A stretch of DNA of 64,000 nucleotides from Spirochaetota bacterium (lineage in GTDB: Bacteria; Spirochaetota; UBA4802; UBA5550). How positions within the stretch are numbered: position 1 is the stretch's first letter; every line of letters starts with the position of its first letter. A program made the position numbers and the translations under genes. The notes under the pieces are model-generated. The model had not been told where the DNA came from and made no database searches. It saw nothing but the letters and a program-made list of their open reading frames with translations. Below are positions 47,544 through 57,095 of the stretch, one piece after another. The stretch spans positions 1,216,001-1,280,000 of the forward strand of contig OY760686.1 of assembly GCA_963663865.1 (NCBI GenBank), in the 5' to 3' direction.

Positions 47544-48335
47544 ATGAATCAGGACCAGGTTGTTCAGAATTTACTGCTTCTTGACAGTAAAGTTCCGGAT
47601 TTTATAGTAACGTTTACAGGAAAAAACAGCGACAGGGTTGACGGGCTCTATAAGCCCGATAGCTGTGAAATCATCATCCACAATAAAAACCATGAAACCG
47701 ACAATGCGCTCATGTACACCGCCATTCATGAATTCGCTCATCATGTTCAGTTTACCGGCTCAGCGAAGCCGGTAACATCACGGGCGCATACGACTGATTT
47801 CTGGAATACATTTCACAGGCTTCTCGAAAGGGCTGAAGAGCTCGGGATTTACACCAATGTGTTCGAGAGCGAAGAGGAGTTTATCGTTTTGACGAAGCAG
47901 ATAAAACAGAATTATCTGCACGAGAACGGCCGGATGATGAAAGAGATGGCCTCCATACTCTTTAAAGCATTTGAGCTCTGTTCCCGCTTCCATGTTTCAT
48001 TCGATGACTACATGGACCGGGTTATCGGACTTCACAGGTCAACAGCAAGAACAATTTTGAAGATGCAGACAATGGATATTGACCCGAGCATTGGATTCGA
48101 GAACATGAAGGTGGTGGCATCTGTTAAAGACGAGACAGTAAGGGCTGAAGTTGAAAAGGCATTTTTGAAGGGCAGCAGCCCGGATATGGTGAAGGCGATG
48201 CTTGCTGGCAGAAAACCTGAGAACAGATTGGACTACCTTCTGGAAGAAAAGGAGCGGCTTGAAAAAATGCTTGAATCAGTCACGGTCAGACTGGCAAAAG
48301 TTGAGCGAGAGATAGAAAATGAAAAATACGTGTGA
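47544..48335 (+). CDS. SprT/WLM-like zinc metalloprotease with helical C-terminal domain
   Basis: TAIHEFAHH...RAHTTDFW; ATG one nt after the upstream stop. Confidence 0.75.
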   Translation: MNQDQVVQNLLLLDSKVPDFIVTFTGKNSDRVDGLYKPDSCEIIIHNKNHETDNALMYTAIHEFAHHVQFTGSAKPVTSRAHTTDFWNTFHRLLERAEELGIYTNVFESEEEFIVLTKQIKQNYLHENGRMMKEMASILFKAFELCSRFHVSFDDYMDRVIGLHRSTARTILKMQTMDIDPSIGFENMKVVASVKDETVRAEVEKAFLKGSSPDMVKAMLAGRKPENRLDYLLEEKERLEKMLESVTVRLAKVEREIENEKYV

Positions 48336-48405
48336 CTGTGTTAGACTATAAACCTTTATTAGCTGCTCTCTATTAAGGTGTTGAAGCGGGAAAAAGGAAA
48401 CCGGA

Positions 48406-48594
48406 CTACGCCGAGAAGGCAGGTTCTTTTCTGATTAGAATCTCTTTTATCTTGGCATCTCCGGCCGAAAAATAAATAACATGCGATTCCATGGTTTTAT
48501 ACTCGTTCAGTAGCTGCAGGTAGTCTTCATATCGGCTCATGTCGGTAAAATCCATTTCACTTAACTGACGATTGCTGATGTATATTGTTTTCAT
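48406..48594 (-). CDS. Small hypothetical protein (62 aa)
   Basis: ATG with AGGT RBS; fills an otherwise empty intergenic gap. Confidence 0.55.
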   Translation of the reverse strand: MKTIYISNRQLSEMDFTDMSRYEDYLQLLNEYKTMESHVIYFSAGDAKIKEILIRKEPAFSA

Positions 48595-48933
48595 TTGATT
48601 ACCTGCGGAAGAAAGATTCGATCCATTTAATAAACAGCCTATTCCAGACGATTTATTTGTCCAGCATTTTTGGAAAGGACAGGAATTTTCATCGATATTT
48701 AGACGGGCCGCTTTGTTTGCTTCTAAGCCTGTCTGGAAGACGGTATGCTGTATATTGACGGGATTTATCCTTTTACAGGCGGAGTATTTATTAAAAACTC
48801 AGTTGCTGAAACTTTTATGAATAAATAATGAAAAAGTATTGAAAAACACCGGGTTTTTTAAGATTGACTTTATGAGGAGTATTCCTGATTTTTACATTGT
48901 ACAGTTGGAATTCCATCTTTAAGAGAACAGGTT

Positions 48934-49623
48934 ATGAATAAGAAAGTAAGATATCTATCACTGATGCTGATGACAGTGTTGTTTTTTGGAGTGCAGGCGA
49001 ATGCCTACAAATTTGATTTCGTTACAGTAGGGGATGTCGTTAAAAAAATCCAGGAAGCATTTGGGAAGCTGGAGTCCTATCAGGCAAATTTTACTATTAT
49101 GACTGAAAAAATGGGTAAAAAATCTCAGCAGAACGGACAGGTCAAATACAAGTCGAGTGATAAGCTGCTGGTGAACTTTTACAATCCTTCCGGTCAGAAG
49201 ATTATTGCTAATTCCGATATTATGTGGATATATATCCCTTCAATGAATGTTGTTGCCGAACAGGATCTGAAGAATAAATCAGGCATTTTTTCCAATACTG
49301 AGTCAGGATTAAAAAGGCTTTTCTCTAAATACCATTACAAATTTGACAGCAAGGATCAGCCTGAAACCCTGAAGGACGGCTCGAAGTACTATACAATACA
49401 GCTGAAGCAAAAGGAAAGCAGGAGCGGATACAGGACCATGAAGCTGTGGGTTGACGCGGATTACATGATTGTTCGCGCCTCAGGAGAGACGTCGACCGGG
49501 AAAAAGGTGGATATTTCTTTTTCAGACATAAAGAAAAACATAGATTTGCCCAACGGACTTTTCAAATTTGAAGTCCCATCAAGGGCAAGAGTGATTAAGA
49601 ACCCAATGATTTCAGAGGAATAG
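48934..49623 (+). CDS. lolA: Outer-membrane lipoprotein carrier LolA family
   Basis: Signal peptide, YQANF, QKIIANSDIMWIYIP, LFKFEVP. Confidence 0.85.
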   Translation: MNKKVRYLSLMLMTVLFFGVQANAYKFDFVTVGDVVKKIQEAFGKLESYQANFTIMTEKMGKKSQQNGQVKYKSSDKLLVNFYNPSGQKIIANSDIMWIYIPSMNVVAEQDLKNKSGIFSNTESGLKRLFSKYHYKFDSKDQPETLKDGSKYYTIQLKQKESRSGYRTMKLWVDADYMIVRASGETSTGKKVDISFSDIKKNIDLPNGLFKFEVPSRARVIKNPMISEE

Positions 49624-49627
49624 AATT

Positions 49628-50758
49628 GTGGAAAGCATAGGCGAAAAACTGCGCGCAGCGAGGGAGGCCAGAAAACTGGCCGTCAGAGATGTTGTAAAAG
49701 ACACAAATATCTCACCACTTTACATTCAGGCGCTTGAGGATGAGGACTTTGAGAGATTTCCCAGCGAGACATATTTAATAGGATTTCTGCGGACATATTC
49801 CGAGTACCTTAAGCTTAATCCTGAAGAGATGATACAGTCGTACCGGGGTTACAAGATTGGAGAGAGCGTTACTCCGCTTGAGGAGCTGACCCGGCCTACA
49901 GGCCAATCCTTCGGAAGTATTCTTGCTCTTTTCGCCGGCAGGCATAAAAATCTTGTTTTACCTGCTGTGATTGTGGTAAGCGCGGCTCTGGTCATCTGGG
50001 GAGCTATTTCGCTTTTCTCCGGCAATGTTGAGATTGGCAAAAGCGAGTCTCTTACCGCCATTAAGGATGAATACAACAGAAAAAATCCTGGCTCAGATAT
50101 TGAAAACGTAAGAAGCCTTCAGCTCCATTCAGGTAAGGGCTTCGTGCTTGTTTACCGGAACGAGGCTGTACAGTTTATGGTAGAGAATAAAGAGGTTGTT
50201 TTCATTCTCAAGAGTATTGATGAAAAATCTGTCAACATTGAAGTTTTGCCGGGGTCTGTCACGGAAAAGCTTGAAATAAATACAACGCGCGCTTTAAAGA
50301 TTGCGGGGACTTCGCGTGATATCAATATCACCTTAAAGGGTATGACCACTAACAGGGCAAATCTTCTTGTTGAGCTTGCTGCCCAGCAGGAGGAGGAAAA
50401 GGCCCCCGAGCAGAAAGAGGAGGTTGTGATACCAGGCGGAGACAGCACAAGTGTCATAGCTCAGAATCCAAAAAGTCTCAGAATTGTGCTCGAAGCAGAC
50501 TTTAAACAGCAGTCCTATGTTGAGCTGTATATTGATGGTACGAACAAGCTGCGCGGCTTTGTGCCGGCTGGAAAACGTCAGGTCTGGGAAGCTAATGAGT
50601 ATATGCAGCTCAAACTCGGAAATGCGGGGGGCGTGGGCCTGAAGATAAATGGCAGGGTTTACATATTCGGAAGAATCGGCCAGGTCGCTAACAAGGTGAT
50701 AACCTGGAGAAAAGATACTCAGAATCCGAATTTATATCATATAGTAGTAAAAGATTAG
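49628..50758 (+). CDS. rodZ: RodZ-like HTH/DUF4115 membrane protein
   Basis: IGEKLRAARE, YIQALE, YLIGFLRTYSEYL, TM, LKLGNAGGV. Confidence 0.85.
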   Translation: MESIGEKLRAAREARKLAVRDVVKDTNISPLYIQALEDEDFERFPSETYLIGFLRTYSEYLKLNPEEMIQSYRGYKIGESVTPLEELTRPTGQSFGSILALFAGRHKNLVLPAVIVVSAALVIWGAISLFSGNVEIGKSESLTAIKDEYNRKNPGSDIENVRSLQLHSGKGFVLVYRNEAVQFMVENKEVVFILKSIDEKSVNIEVLPGSVTEKLEINTTRALKIAGTSRDINITLKGMTTNRANLLVELAAQQEEEKAPEQKEEVVIPGGDSTSVIAQNPKSLRIVLEADFKQQSYVELYIDGTNKLRGFVPAGKRQVWEANEYMQLKLGNAGGVGLKINGRVYIFGRIGQVANKVITWRKDTQNPNLYHIVVKD

Positions 50759-50774
50759 AAGTGTCGGTAAGAAA

Positions 50775-52091
50775 TTGTTTTATTCTTCAGATATTACTTT
50801 TTGTATTATATCGCTTGGATGTTCCAAGAACCTTGTAGATTCTGAAAAGGTCAACGGACAGATGATATCAGCCGGTTTTGTACCGGCTGATTCTGTTCAG
50901 GACGCGGCAATTATCATTCTTAATACCTGCGGCTTCATTCTCCCCGCCAAAGAAGAATCCATTGAAGAGATATTCAACGCTGTAAGTGAAAGGGACCGTG
51001 AGCCTCTTGCTGCCGGCGGCTTCAGGAGGAGGGTGGTTGCCATGGGGTGCCTTACACAGCGCTATCTAAGCGATATTCGCAGCGATATGCCGGAAATAGA
51101 CTATGTTATCGGCATTCCTGATGATTCCTTCGTGCAGAAACTCGCTGATGAGTTATCAATCAGTATTTTAAACAACCCGCAATCCGTTCAGGTGCCTCTC
51201 AATAAGGGGCTCTATTATATGAATATTAAAATATCAGAGGGATGCTCAAACAACTGCAGCTACTGTGCCATACCGCTTATCAGAGGGCCCCACAGATCAT
51301 TCTCTACCGAAAGCATTCTCAATGATGTGAGAAACGCGGCTGAAAGAGGGGCGAAGGAAGTGATTCTGATGGGGCAGGACACTGCAGCATACAGCTTTTC
51401 AGGTGTTCGTTTGCCCGAACTGATTGAAAAGGCTGCTTTAGTTGACGGGATAGAGTGGATCAGGCTGCTGTACTGTCACCCTGATCACCTCTCGGACGAT
51501 ATTATTTCCGCAATCGCTGATGTTGATAAGGTGGTCCGTTATATTGATCTTCCATTTCAGCACGCTAATGAACGGATATTGAAGTCAATGGGGCGAAGTG
51601 GGAGCAGTCGCAGCTATGCTGAGCTTGTTCAGCGAATTCGGGATAGAGTTCCCGGAATAGCCCTCAGGTCAACTTTTATGGTTGGATATCCCGGAGAAAC
51701 CGAGGATGAATTTGCCGAATTATTCGACTTTGTTTCGCAAACAGAGCTTGACAGAGTGGGAGTGTTTCAGTATTCGCCTGAAGAAGGAACAAGGGCTGCT
51801 TCAATGAGGCCTTACACGGAGAAGCGGATTGCCGCAAAAAGGCATAGCAGGCTTATGAAGCTTCAGAAAGCCATGTCTGAAGAGAAGCTTCATAGGCTGG
51901 TTGGACAGAAAGTAAATGTCCTTGTCGAAGGCCGGACGGAATCGGGCCTCTTTTTCGGACGGACAGAGTTTGACGCGCCTGATGTGGACGGCTTGTTTTA
52001 TCTTGAGGCCGAAGGCTCTCTTGAAGGGAAGATTCTTACTGCCCTGGTCACTGGTTCCACAGAGTATGATTTAATAGGAGTTATCTCTTGA
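50775..52091 (+). CDS. rimO: Ribosomal protein S12 methylthiotransferase RimO
   Basis: SLGCSKNLVDSE, NTCGFI, KISEGCSNNCSYCAIP, DAPDVDG TRAM. Confidence 0.95.
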   Translation: MFYSSDITFCIISLGCSKNLVDSEKVNGQMISAGFVPADSVQDAAIIILNTCGFILPAKEESIEEIFNAVSERDREPLAAGGFRRRVVAMGCLTQRYLSDIRSDMPEIDYVIGIPDDSFVQKLADELSISILNNPQSVQVPLNKGLYYMNIKISEGCSNNCSYCAIPLIRGPHRSFSTESILNDVRNAAERGAKEVILMGQDTAAYSFSGVRLPELIEKAALVDGIEWIRLLYCHPDHLSDDIISAIADVDKVVRYIDLPFQHANERILKSMGRSGSSRSYAELVQRIRDRVPGIALRSTFMVGYPGETEDEFAELFDFVSQTELDRVGVFQYSPEEGTRAASMRPYTEKRIAAKRHSRLMKLQKAMSEEKLHRLVGQKVNVLVEGRTESGLFFGRTEFDAPDVDGLFYLEAEGSLEGKILTALVTGSTEYDLIGVIS

Positions 52092-52705
52092 ATATCCCGG
52101 TTTTTAAACTGAACGTGCCTAACCTGATCTCAATGGTTAGAGTTGTGCTGATTCCCGTCTTCATATACTTTTTGTCTCAAGGGACAATTCATGGATGGAA
52201 GTGGGCAATATTTATATTTATCTTTGCTTCCTTTACCGACCTGCTTGACGGCTGGAGCGCCAGGAAGTTGAGGCAGGTTTCTGAGTTCGGAGAATTCATC
52301 GACCCGCTGGCTGACAAGTTTTTAGTTCTTTCAGCGCTCATTGCACTCATGGTCGTTGATCCTTATCTTGAGGTCTTTGATTTTTGGATGATCGTTGTTA
52401 TCGCTGGAAGGGACATCTTGATTACCGTCATGCGCTGGCTGGCAATAAAGCAGAACAGGCCTCTCAGAACGAGCCGTTTTGGAAAAGTGAAAACTGCGTT
52501 TCAGATGGCATCAATTGTTCTGATAATAATGGTCTACATGGCAAAGAAGAGCCGTTTTTTCGAGGTGCATGAATCTCTTCCATACTGGATAATGTTTTCG
52601 GTGACATTGTTGACCGCTTTCTCCGGATTAAGGTATCTGTTAACAAACTGGAGATTGTTTTTCCCTTCAAAAACAGCTGAGAGGTCGCCTGTAGATGAGA
52701 ATTAA
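52088..52705 (+). CDS. pgsA: CDP-diacylglycerol-glycerol-3-phosphate 3-phosphatidyltransferase
   Basis: NVPN, TDLLDGWSAR, FGEFIDPLADK, GKVKTAFQM. Confidence 0.93.
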   Translation: MNIPVFKLNVPNLISMVRVVLIPVFIYFLSQGTIHGWKWAIFIFIFASFTDLLDGWSARKLRQVSEFGEFIDPLADKFLVLSALIALMVVDPYLEVFDFWMIVVIAGRDILITVMRWLAIKQNRPLRTSRFGKVKTAFQMASIVLIIMVYMAKKSRFFEVHESLPYWIMFSVTLLTAFSGLRYLLTNWRLFFPSKTAERSPVDEN

Positions 52706-53177
52706 GGAGTTCTTTTTTACCGCATTTTACAGCGGATACATTCCACGGGCCCCGGGAACGGCCGGCAGTGTAGTCGGTCTTGCTCTTTTCTGGGGAATGT
52801 ATTTGATATTCGGAGAATGGCATTCAGAGGCAGCTCTTGCTGTAGTTCTGGTTTCTGCCTATCCCCTTGTCAGGCTCTGTACGGCCGCAGAGAATTATTA
52901 CGGCAAAACTGATCCGCAATGCGTTGTTATTGATGAAACAGCCGGAATGTGGATAACCCTTCTCTTTGTTCCGCTTAACTGGAAGACGTCACTGCTGGGT
53001 TTCGTACTTTTTCGTCTTTTTGATATCGTAAAGCCATTTCCAGCCGACCGATTTCAGGAGCTTAAAGGCGGGCTGGGAATAATGGCTGACGACTGGGTGG
53101 CTGGAGTGTATGCCTGTATTGTACTTCATCTGATATACCAGGCTCAGTTTCTCGCAGGAATTACTATTCTGATTTGA
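52695..53177 (+). CDS. pgpA: Phosphatidylglycerophosphatase A
   Basis: APGTAGS, DPQCVVIDE, FRLFDIVKP, GIMADD. Confidence 0.93.
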   Translation: MRIKEFFFTAFYSGYIPRAPGTAGSVVGLALFWGMYLIFGEWHSEAALAVVLVSAYPLVRLCTAAENYYGKTDPQCVVIDETAGMWITLLFVPLNWKTSLLGFVLFRLFDIVKPFPADRFQELKGGLGIMADDWVAGVYACIVLHLIYQAQFLAGITILI

Positions 53178-53218
53178 TATTAGCGGATGGATTATTTTTG
53201 TCCGTACAGGGAGGCGGA

Positions 53219-53692
53219 ATGAAGCGCATTCTCAAACAAATCCCGATAATCAGTCTTCTCGTTCTAATCACGGGTGCAATCGTCTTTGCGCAGGAATCGA
53301 ATATCTTCAGCCATTACGATGGTAGCAGGTCATCAGAGTTTGATTTCATTCTGAGCGATATCGCTGATATAGAGAAAGATGCGCGAACAGCTGTTTTGTC
53401 TGGAAATGCCCTGGCTTCTACAGCTCTTTCGGAGATATCCGAGCTGAATGCTCTCATTCATGCAGCGGCCGATTCACGGGACAGCGAATCAGCTGAACAG
53501 ATAATGACTTATGTCAGGGTCAGGGCAGCTGAAATAAAGGCAGAACTTGAGAAACAACAGAGGCAACATCGTATTTCGCGCAGTATCTATTCCGCCGTAT
53601 CAATGATAATGATAATAATGCTCATGACTCTGATCGCTTACACCGCATACGCAAATTTCCAAAAAAATCAGAGAAAGGGGATGCTCGAATGA
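53219..53692 (+). CDS. Hypothetical protein (signal peptide, C-terminal TM)
   Basis: GGAGG RBS before ATG 53219; hydrophobic ends. Confidence 0.65.
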   Translation: MKRILKQIPIISLLVLITGAIVFAQESNIFSHYDGSRSSEFDFILSDIADIEKDARTAVLSGNALASTALSEISELNALIHAAADSRDSESAEQIMTYVRVRAAEIKAELEKQQRQHRISRSIYSAVSMIMIIMLMTLIAYTAYANFQKNQRKGMLE

Positions 53693-54180
53693 GGGAATAC
53701 CTTTATAACACGGATAAAATTAAATATGCGAGGGGGGATAAGCCGGATGTCGAATGTATCCTCTGTGCGATAAGAGACAGGTCGCCAGAGGTTTCGAGTC
53801 TTGAGGTGTTCAGGGATGACGATTTTATCGTATCGGTAAACCTGTACCCTTTTAATCCAGGTCATCTGATGGTTTTCCCTCAGAGGCATATTGAAGCCTA
53901 CGATGAATTTTGCGACAGAGAAGCTCTTTCTCTGCACCACCTCGTGTCAGCATCCGTTAAGCTGATTCGTGAGGAGTTCGAGCCTTCAGGTTTCAACATC
54001 GGCTACAATATTGGCCAGGGCAGCGGAGCCAGTATACCGCACATTCACCAGCATATTGTACCGAGATACGGCAATGAGCTGGGGTACCTTGACGTCATAT
54101 CCGGTACAAGGGTGATTGTAATGGATCCGGTTGAGGTTCGTGAGAGGCTCAGGAAGCGCTTTGCATGTTATTTCAACTGA
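53689..54180 (+). CDS. HIT family hydrolase
   Basis: CILC, NLYPFNPGHLMV, GFNIGYN, HIHQHIVPR. Confidence 0.92.
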   Translation: MREYLYNTDKIKYARGDKPDVECILCAIRDRSPEVSSLEVFRDDDFIVSVNLYPFNPGHLMVFPQRHIEAYDEFCDREALSLHHLVSASVKLIREEFEPSGFNIGYNIGQGSGASIPHIHQHIVPRYGNELGYLDVISGTRVIVMDPVEVRERLRKRFACYFN

Positions 54181-54190
54181 AGGAGATTAA

Positions 54191-54937
54191 ATGGGACGCC
54201 TTCTGATTATATGTTTCCATTTTTGTTTTTTAATATCGTGTTTGACGGCAACCCATATTCCCGCCGGGAACCCGTGCGATGGAATTGACGAGGACTACAT
54301 CGAACGCCATATTCCCGTCGGGGAATTTGAAATTATATCGAGAAAACCAGCAGGCGATATCTGCGAGATAATTATCAATGCGGATAATTCGCGCATACCT
54401 CTTTATGCGGGAATGGGCTATGTCATCGCGGGTGATATGTTTGTTGAGAAAAAGCGGGTCACACAGGAAACGATGGATGCCCTGCGAAAAGAGCTTTTAA
54501 GCCGGAACATGAGCCGGTTTGACCAGCTTGCCGCCTTTGCATATGTTCCAGCCAGGCCGTCAGGCAGAGTGCTTTACATGGTAACGGAGCCCCTTTGCCC
54601 ATACTGTCACCGTGCTGCGGAGAAGATTATACCGATAGCGGAAAGTCTGGGACTGACGGTTAAGGCGGTGATGTATTCTGTCCATGGGGACAGGGGTTTT
54701 GAAAAATGCGTGGAAGTAATCTGCAGCGATATCAGTTTAAAGGAATATGTATCAATAAAATGGGATGACGTTGAAACACCGAAGGCTGTTCAATGCGGCG
54801 AGGGGATTAAAAAAGCCCGCGATTCCTCAAAGTTAGCCGAAGAAATGGGTATCGACGGTGTACCATTTATTTTTCTTGATGATGGAACTGAAATTCAGAA
54901 CAGCCGCCTTGATAGACTTGGCGAGTATCTTGACTGA
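54191..54937 (+). CDS. DsbC/DsbG-like thioredoxin-fold lipoprotein
   Basis: FLISC lipobox-like, N-terminal dimerisation-like domain, CPYC active site, GIDGVP cis-Pro loop. Confidence 0.8.
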   Translation: MGRLLIICFHFCFLISCLTATHIPAGNPCDGIDEDYIERHIPVGEFEIISRKPAGDICEIIINADNSRIPLYAGMGYVIAGDMFVEKKRVTQETMDALRKELLSRNMSRFDQLAAFAYVPARPSGRVLYMVTEPLCPYCHRAAEKIIPIAESLGLTVKAVMYSVHGDRGFEKCVEVICSDISLKEYVSIKWDDVETPKAVQCGEGIKKARDSSKLAEEMGIDGVPFIFLDDGTEIQNSRLDRLGEYLD

Positions 54938-54947
54938 GTTATTGGCA

Positions 54948-55253
54948 TTATCTGATTGAATCGCCGTAGTTTTTATAAACCGATGAAGCGTTTTTCGTGG
55001 ATTTAGATTGATTGTCGTCTGAGCATTTTTCGTCCTTTCCGCATTTCGCATCAACTTCCGATGATCTGCCCGAACTCTCCCGCGCTTTGTTGTTCGATTC
55101 TGTTAATCCATCATCTCCGAGTTCGCTTTCCACGTGATTTTTATTTACCGGAGCTATTATATTATCAGAAATTTTCAGTACTGAGATAGGTGTAAAGAAA
55201 AGAATAAGCGCGATTATAATGAGGACGAAGGCTATAAGAAACAGCTTTTTCAT
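54948..55253 (-). CDS. Small membrane-anchored hypothetical protein
   Basis: MKKLFLIAFVLIIIALILFF anchor; polar low-complexity tail. Confidence 0.65.
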   Translation of the reverse strand: MKKLFLIAFVLIIIALILFFTPISVLKISDNIIAPVNKNHVESELGDDGLTESNNKARESSGRSSEVDAKCGKDEKCSDDNQSKSTKNASSVYKNYGDSIR

Positions 55254-55466
55254 TATTTGCCCCTGTATTATTATTGATATGCTTTATTTGATAAACTCTG
55301 TCAGGGTTGTAAAGATAATTTTTAATTATCAATTATTTCCTGACCATTGTCCACTGTGAAGTATGTTTTTTACTTTGTAACAAGACTGAACCTCAATTAC
55401 GGGCTTATCATATGGTCTGAAAGGAAAAGCAGGTAATAATTCAGAATATCCCCTCATTTTAAGGGC

Positions 55467-55494
55467 TTGACAGCTATTACCGCCCGGGTATGCT
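55467..55494 (+). promoter_or_regulatory. Putative sigma70 promoter
   Basis: TTGACA-16-TATGCT. Confidence 0.5.
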
Positions 55495-55652
55495 GTTTGA
55501 TGATGGTTTTTTTGTTCGTGAGGATTATGTGTTAATGATGATAAAAGATTAACAATTTATTCGGTGTGTCGGGTAAATCCACGGCACTGAGCAGTATTCC
55601 ATCAGGATATATCAGGGTATATAATCGAACCCCTGCGGAGAGGGAAAGAGTT

Positions 55653-57083
55653 TTGAACAGAGCTTTTTTGGGCATTCTATCGCTCTTATTTTTGCTAAGT
55701 GGAATTCAGCAGTTATTTGCGGGTGATAAAGTTGTCATAGCGGTGACGGATACAGTCGTTTCAGGTGCATCGTCAGCTTCCGGCAGGCTGGTGTCGGATA
55801 TTTTGATATCCTCGTTAATTCACTCGGGGCGTGTAGATGTGAAGACCCATGATGATATAAGAGCAGCCGCGGCAGGGATTGATAATATCCGAGTTTCTGA
55901 TGAGGGCAGATGTCTGGACGGCAGATGTGTTGAGCTCATCGCGGAGAAGACCGGAGCTGAATATGTGATTGATTCCCGGTTGAAGGATGAACGGGGTTTA
56001 ATGCTGGTCTCCGTAACGGTGCTCAGATTAAACGGAGAAGTACATGTTCCTGAACAGAGAGCTGAAGTTTCAGACAACAAGAGCATTATTGATGCGGTGA
56101 GAGACATTTCAGCAAGTATATTAAACAGCTTTCCTCTCAATGGTCGCATCGTATCATTGGCCGGTGATTCAACCTATATCGTGAATATTGGGGAAACTCA
56201 GGGTATTAAACCCGGTGACCTGTTAGTTTTGCAGGGGAACAGGAGCACAGCCGGCATTATAAAGGCTATGAAGCTCTATTCTCTGAAAGTGTTCGAGGTT
56301 CAGCCCTTTTCGTCAAAGGTGAAGGTACATGAGACATTTCCCGGGGGACCTGAGCACACGATTGTACCTGGAGATTCTGTGACCCTTGCGACAAATAGTC
56401 TTTTCGGAGCAGAGGATGCTGGTATTTCTGAGGAAAATCCCAGCAATACTGAAATATCTGCTAATGATAAGGCAGGAAGTCGCAGGGAGTCGACTGACTG
56501 GGAAGAGAGCCTGAACTCGCGTTCGCCTTTTATGCGTTTTTCCTGCGGAATTCCCGGCAATGTCAGGATGGGGAATGATGAGTTGGACCGATATTACGGA
56601 AGCGGTCAGGGATTCATGGCAGATTTTTTCCCGTTGAGGGCTCGCGATATTTACGGTGACGGGTTTGATATCCTGTTTCGTTTGCTCTACAGGCATTATA
56701 CGATGGACAACAATGAGTTTCAGAGATTTAAGGATGAACTCCCGGACTCTGATGATTATATGGCTTCGAAGTCTGATCTGAAAATGTTTTCGGGGGATAT
56801 CGGCTTCAGGTACAGTCTGGGAACAGTGATTTTAGAAAGATTTGACTTTTATATTCTCGCATCATTTAGATATCAGTATACAATGGAGAATGCCGGAAGT
56901 ATCAGGAATTCTTTTTGGTCCTACGGCGCGTCAGGAGGTGCTGGTGTTGAGATGACGCTCTTTCCTGTTCTGGGGATTTTTGCCGAGTACAACTATGGTT
57001 ATAACACAATCGGCGCTGACAACAAGAATGTGGAGGGTCATCAGTTTTATGCCGGCGTAACTTTTCGTTCCGGGCATTATTAA
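55653..57083 (+). CDS. Exported multidomain protein: CsgG/TolB_N-like, FlgT_C-like and C-terminal outer-membrane beta-barrel
   Basis: Signal peptide from TTG 55653; CLDGRC..IAEKTGAEYVI; IVNIGETQGIKPGD; GAGVEM..GIFAEYNY..FYAGVTFR. Confidence 0.65.
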   Translation: MNRAFLGILSLLFLLSGIQQLFAGDKVVIAVTDTVVSGASSASGRLVSDILISSLIHSGRVDVKTHDDIRAAAAGIDNIRVSDEGRCLDGRCVELIAEKTGAEYVIDSRLKDERGLMLVSVTVLRLNGEVHVPEQRAEVSDNKSIIDAVRDISASILNSFPLNGRIVSLAGDSTYIVNIGETQGIKPGDLLVLQGNRSTAGIIKAMKLYSLKVFEVQPFSSKVKVHETFPGGPEHTIVPGDSVTLATNSLFGAEDAGISEENPSNTEISANDKAGSRRESTDWEESLNSRSPFMRFSCGIPGNVRMGNDELDRYYGSGQGFMADFFPLRARDIYGDGFDILFRLLYRHYTMDNNEFQRFKDELPDSDDYMASKSDLKMFSGDIGFRYSLGTVILERFDFYILASFRYQYTMENAGSIRNSFWSYGASGGAGVEMTLFPVLGIFAEYNYGYNTIGADNKNVEGHQFYAGVTFRSGHY

Positions 57084-57095
57084 GATTGAAGGTTT

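Noticed and set aside
55254-55652. c-di-GMP or other riboswitch in the long intergenic region
   Set aside because: No GGCAAAC/GAAA/GACGCAAAG-type signature or convincing stems; AT-rich divergent promoter region
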